Assembly (NCBI GenBank): GCA_963692915.1
Contig: OY843584.1
Location: 1,024,001-1,088,000 of the forward strand
Length of the DNA stretch: 64,000 bases
Source of the DNA: Cenarchaeum sp.
Lineage (GTDB): Archaea; Thermoproteota; Nitrososphaeria; Nitrososphaerales; Nitrosopumilaceae
Direction of reading: 5' to 3'
Shown: one piece after another, positions 58,001 to 61,000 of the stretch
Position numbering within the stretch: the stretch's first letter is position 1
Layout of the letters: the number at the start of each line of letters is the position of its first letter
Notes under the pieces: model-generated
Seen by the model: the letters and a program-made list of their open reading frames with translations, nothing else
Told to the model about the DNA's origin: nothing
Databases searched by the model: none
Made by a program: the position numbers and the translations under genes

Positions 58001-61000
58001 GTCGCAGTTATCGTCAGCGCCACGCCAAAGGGCATCGGCGTCCTCTCGGAGGCCGCGTGGGCCACAGGCGACGGGGCAGCATCAGTGAGGGCCGAGCCGA
58101 CTGCAAGGTGGTATGTGCTCCCAGACGTGACAGGCGTGTCAATGTCCACCGTGATGAAAGAGTTGAGGATGTGCGCGGCGTTTGAGGTGCGCGTGGGCGT
58201 AAAGCGCACTGGCGTGCCCGTGCCGGCTGCCACCTGCGCCCCGTCAGTCGCAGAGTCATGCAGCACAAAGGCCGAGGCCGGAGGCGTGTTGACCGGCTCG
58301 CTAAAGGCGACTGTGATCGTGTCGGCATCAACAAAGCGCGCGTGCAGGATTTCCGGACCAAGGCCATCGGTGGCGACATCAGTCCAGTCTGCAGCGTCGC
58401 CCGCGTACACTGTGCGCGGTGTCGCATCAGTCGCCAGTGGCGCATCAATGTGCGCGCGGACCGTCTGCGCGCCCGTGACATCGACGCTCGAGGAGGGCAG
58501 CGCGCCGCCAATGGAGACGCCAGAGGCCACGATGCCGTCGACGCGTATGTCTGATGCCGCCACGGGCACTGTCCCCGTGAACGTGAACGCCATGTCCACT
58601 GCAGTCGTGCTCGCCGTCGTGGCCTCAAAGAGCGGCGTATAGACGGCGCTCAGTGCAGGGCCAGAGTACGGCACAAACGCGGCGTTGGAGACGCTCGGGA
58701 CGATGGTGTATGACCATCCGGCCACGGCGTCACCGGCGAGGGTGAGCGTGACGGCGCTCGTGTCGGCATTGTACGAGACGCCGGCCAGCTCCACGCCAGA
58801 CGTGATCACGCCATCTGTGACACTGACTGCAAAGTTGTCCGGCCCGAGCGAGGCGCCGCCTGCCAGCGCGTCATCAAAGTCCACCAGTATCGCCCTTGTG
58901 CCCACAAATGCCGTGGACTCGGCGACAGGTGCGGACGCGTCGCGCGTGATTGCGATCCTGACATCGCCGAACGCCACTGGCACAGACGCCTGGTCCGTGA
59001 GCGCACTAGTGGCCGCCAGGTGGTACACGCCCTCTGCGCTCACCTGCGCGTTGAGATCAAGCGTGATGACTGACTCGGCTATGCCGCCGGCCGGAGACGA
59101 GCGCGCAGGCGTGCCCGTGGCAGCGGCGAGCTGCGTCCCGCCCGTGGCCGCATCATGCAGCGCAAAGGCCGAGGCCGGAGGCGTGACGACTGCCTCGCTA
59201 AAGGCGAGCTCTATCGTGTCAGAATCAGTAAAGCGCGCCGAGAGTACAGTCGGCGGCGCGCCGTCAGTCGCCGTGGCCGCGCTAGTCAGGACTGCCGTGC
59301 CGGCAGTCAGGCCCGTGCCGTCATAGGTGACGCGCGGCGTCGCAGCAGTCGTGGGGAGCTCCCCGTGCGTGATGACTAGCTGCGTGGCCGCCGGACTCGA
59401 CGGTATGGCCGGCGTGGCCGCATCACCGGCACCCGTGGCAGTCTCTGGCGTCGCAGTCACAGAGCCAGTCGTCGCCACCGTGGAGACTGACGCCGTGCGC
59501 ACAACGTCATCGCCGTTGGCCACGGTCCAGGAGCCGGCATCAAGCGTGCCGCCAAGGGACTGCGTGAACGTGACGCGCGTCTGCGTCGCGCCTATCGTCT
59601 CGGCTGCGAACGCGGGGTCGCTGTACGTGACTGTGAGCCTCGATGCGGCAAAGGCGTTTGGCGGGACTGCCAGGTCAGCCAGCGTGGATGGCACAAAGAC
59701 TGTGTACGGGACCCCGGAGATCGTGTTGGCGATGCCTAGGCGAACCACCGAGGCCGACGCGCCGGCTGCCACCGAGGTGATCTCGAGCTCGTGGCCGGTG
59801 AACGGATCGGGCCTGACCTCCCAGCCAGTCGCCGGCCTCGTGACTGGCTCGCTGAACGCAATGTCAATGTGCGTCGAGCCGACAAAGGCCGCAGACACCA
59901 GGCTCGGGGGAGTGGTGTCATGGGCAACTGCCGTCGTGAGCGGAATCACGGCCCGTCCGCTGCTATCGACGTACAGCCTGTACTCGTCAGAGGCCCTGCT
60001 CACCGCGGTCTCTGGCGAGTAGCGGATCACGTGCGCCGTGTCTGAGCCGAGCGCATTGGCCGCCGGAATGGTCAGCATCAGCGTCATGCCGTCTGCTGCG
60101 AGATCGGCGCCCTCAAAGCGCACCGTGCCCAAGGTGCCCAAAGAGCCCACCCTGGGCAGGTCATCTGGCGTGTTGTCAACGATCCAGTGCTTGCCCGTGG
60201 CCACAAACGGCACAAACACGTTCGCGCCGTCGACAAGACTGCTCACGCCGTGATACTCCCCGTCGCCCGAGACGACGGCCTCGGTGAACGTGAGCTCGAC
60301 TTGCGTCGGCGAGACGATGCGTGCCGTAAAGACGGGCTGCTCGTCAGTCGTGAACGTAAAGGGTATTGTCACGAGCGGATTGTTGTCGTCTAGTGACGTG
60401 TCGCCAACCGAGAAGAACCTTTTGAGCGATGTGGGAATCTCGACTGCATACGACGGCGGTGTCGCAAGGGCAGAGTGCGAGCCATCGACGTGTAGCGTGA
60501 TCGTCGAGCCATCAGGCGTGCCGACGTATGTCGTGACCCTTGCGTCAAAGGCGTCGCCGAGTGCCACGCCGCCGGGCAGGCCAGCGCGCACGGGCGCGAC
60601 GCGCAGCGTGCCCCAACCGTCAAGCGGGCTCATGCTCGCCATGCCGGCAAGCGTTCGCATGTCCGGCACGTTGTTCCCGCCAAAGTGCAGGATTATCTGC
60701 GATGCCTCGCCGGTGCCGTCACGGCGCACAATGTCCACCGGCGGGCGAACGCTCTCAGTCGAGCCGGCAAACAGTCCGCCGTTGACGTTTGCTATCGTGG
60801 CGGGCAGCACGACAGAGTACCTGCGCACGTCTGCCCTGTCGGCAAGGTCCACTATGATCGTCATTGCGTCAGCGGGGTCGATGCGTGCTGCGTGTGCCGT
60901 CGTACCGCCTATGGCCGGCGTTATCGTGAGTGTGGACGGGACGGACGAGGCGAGCAGGTCGTCATCAAATGTCACGCGGAGCTCCTCGTACGCCGAAAAT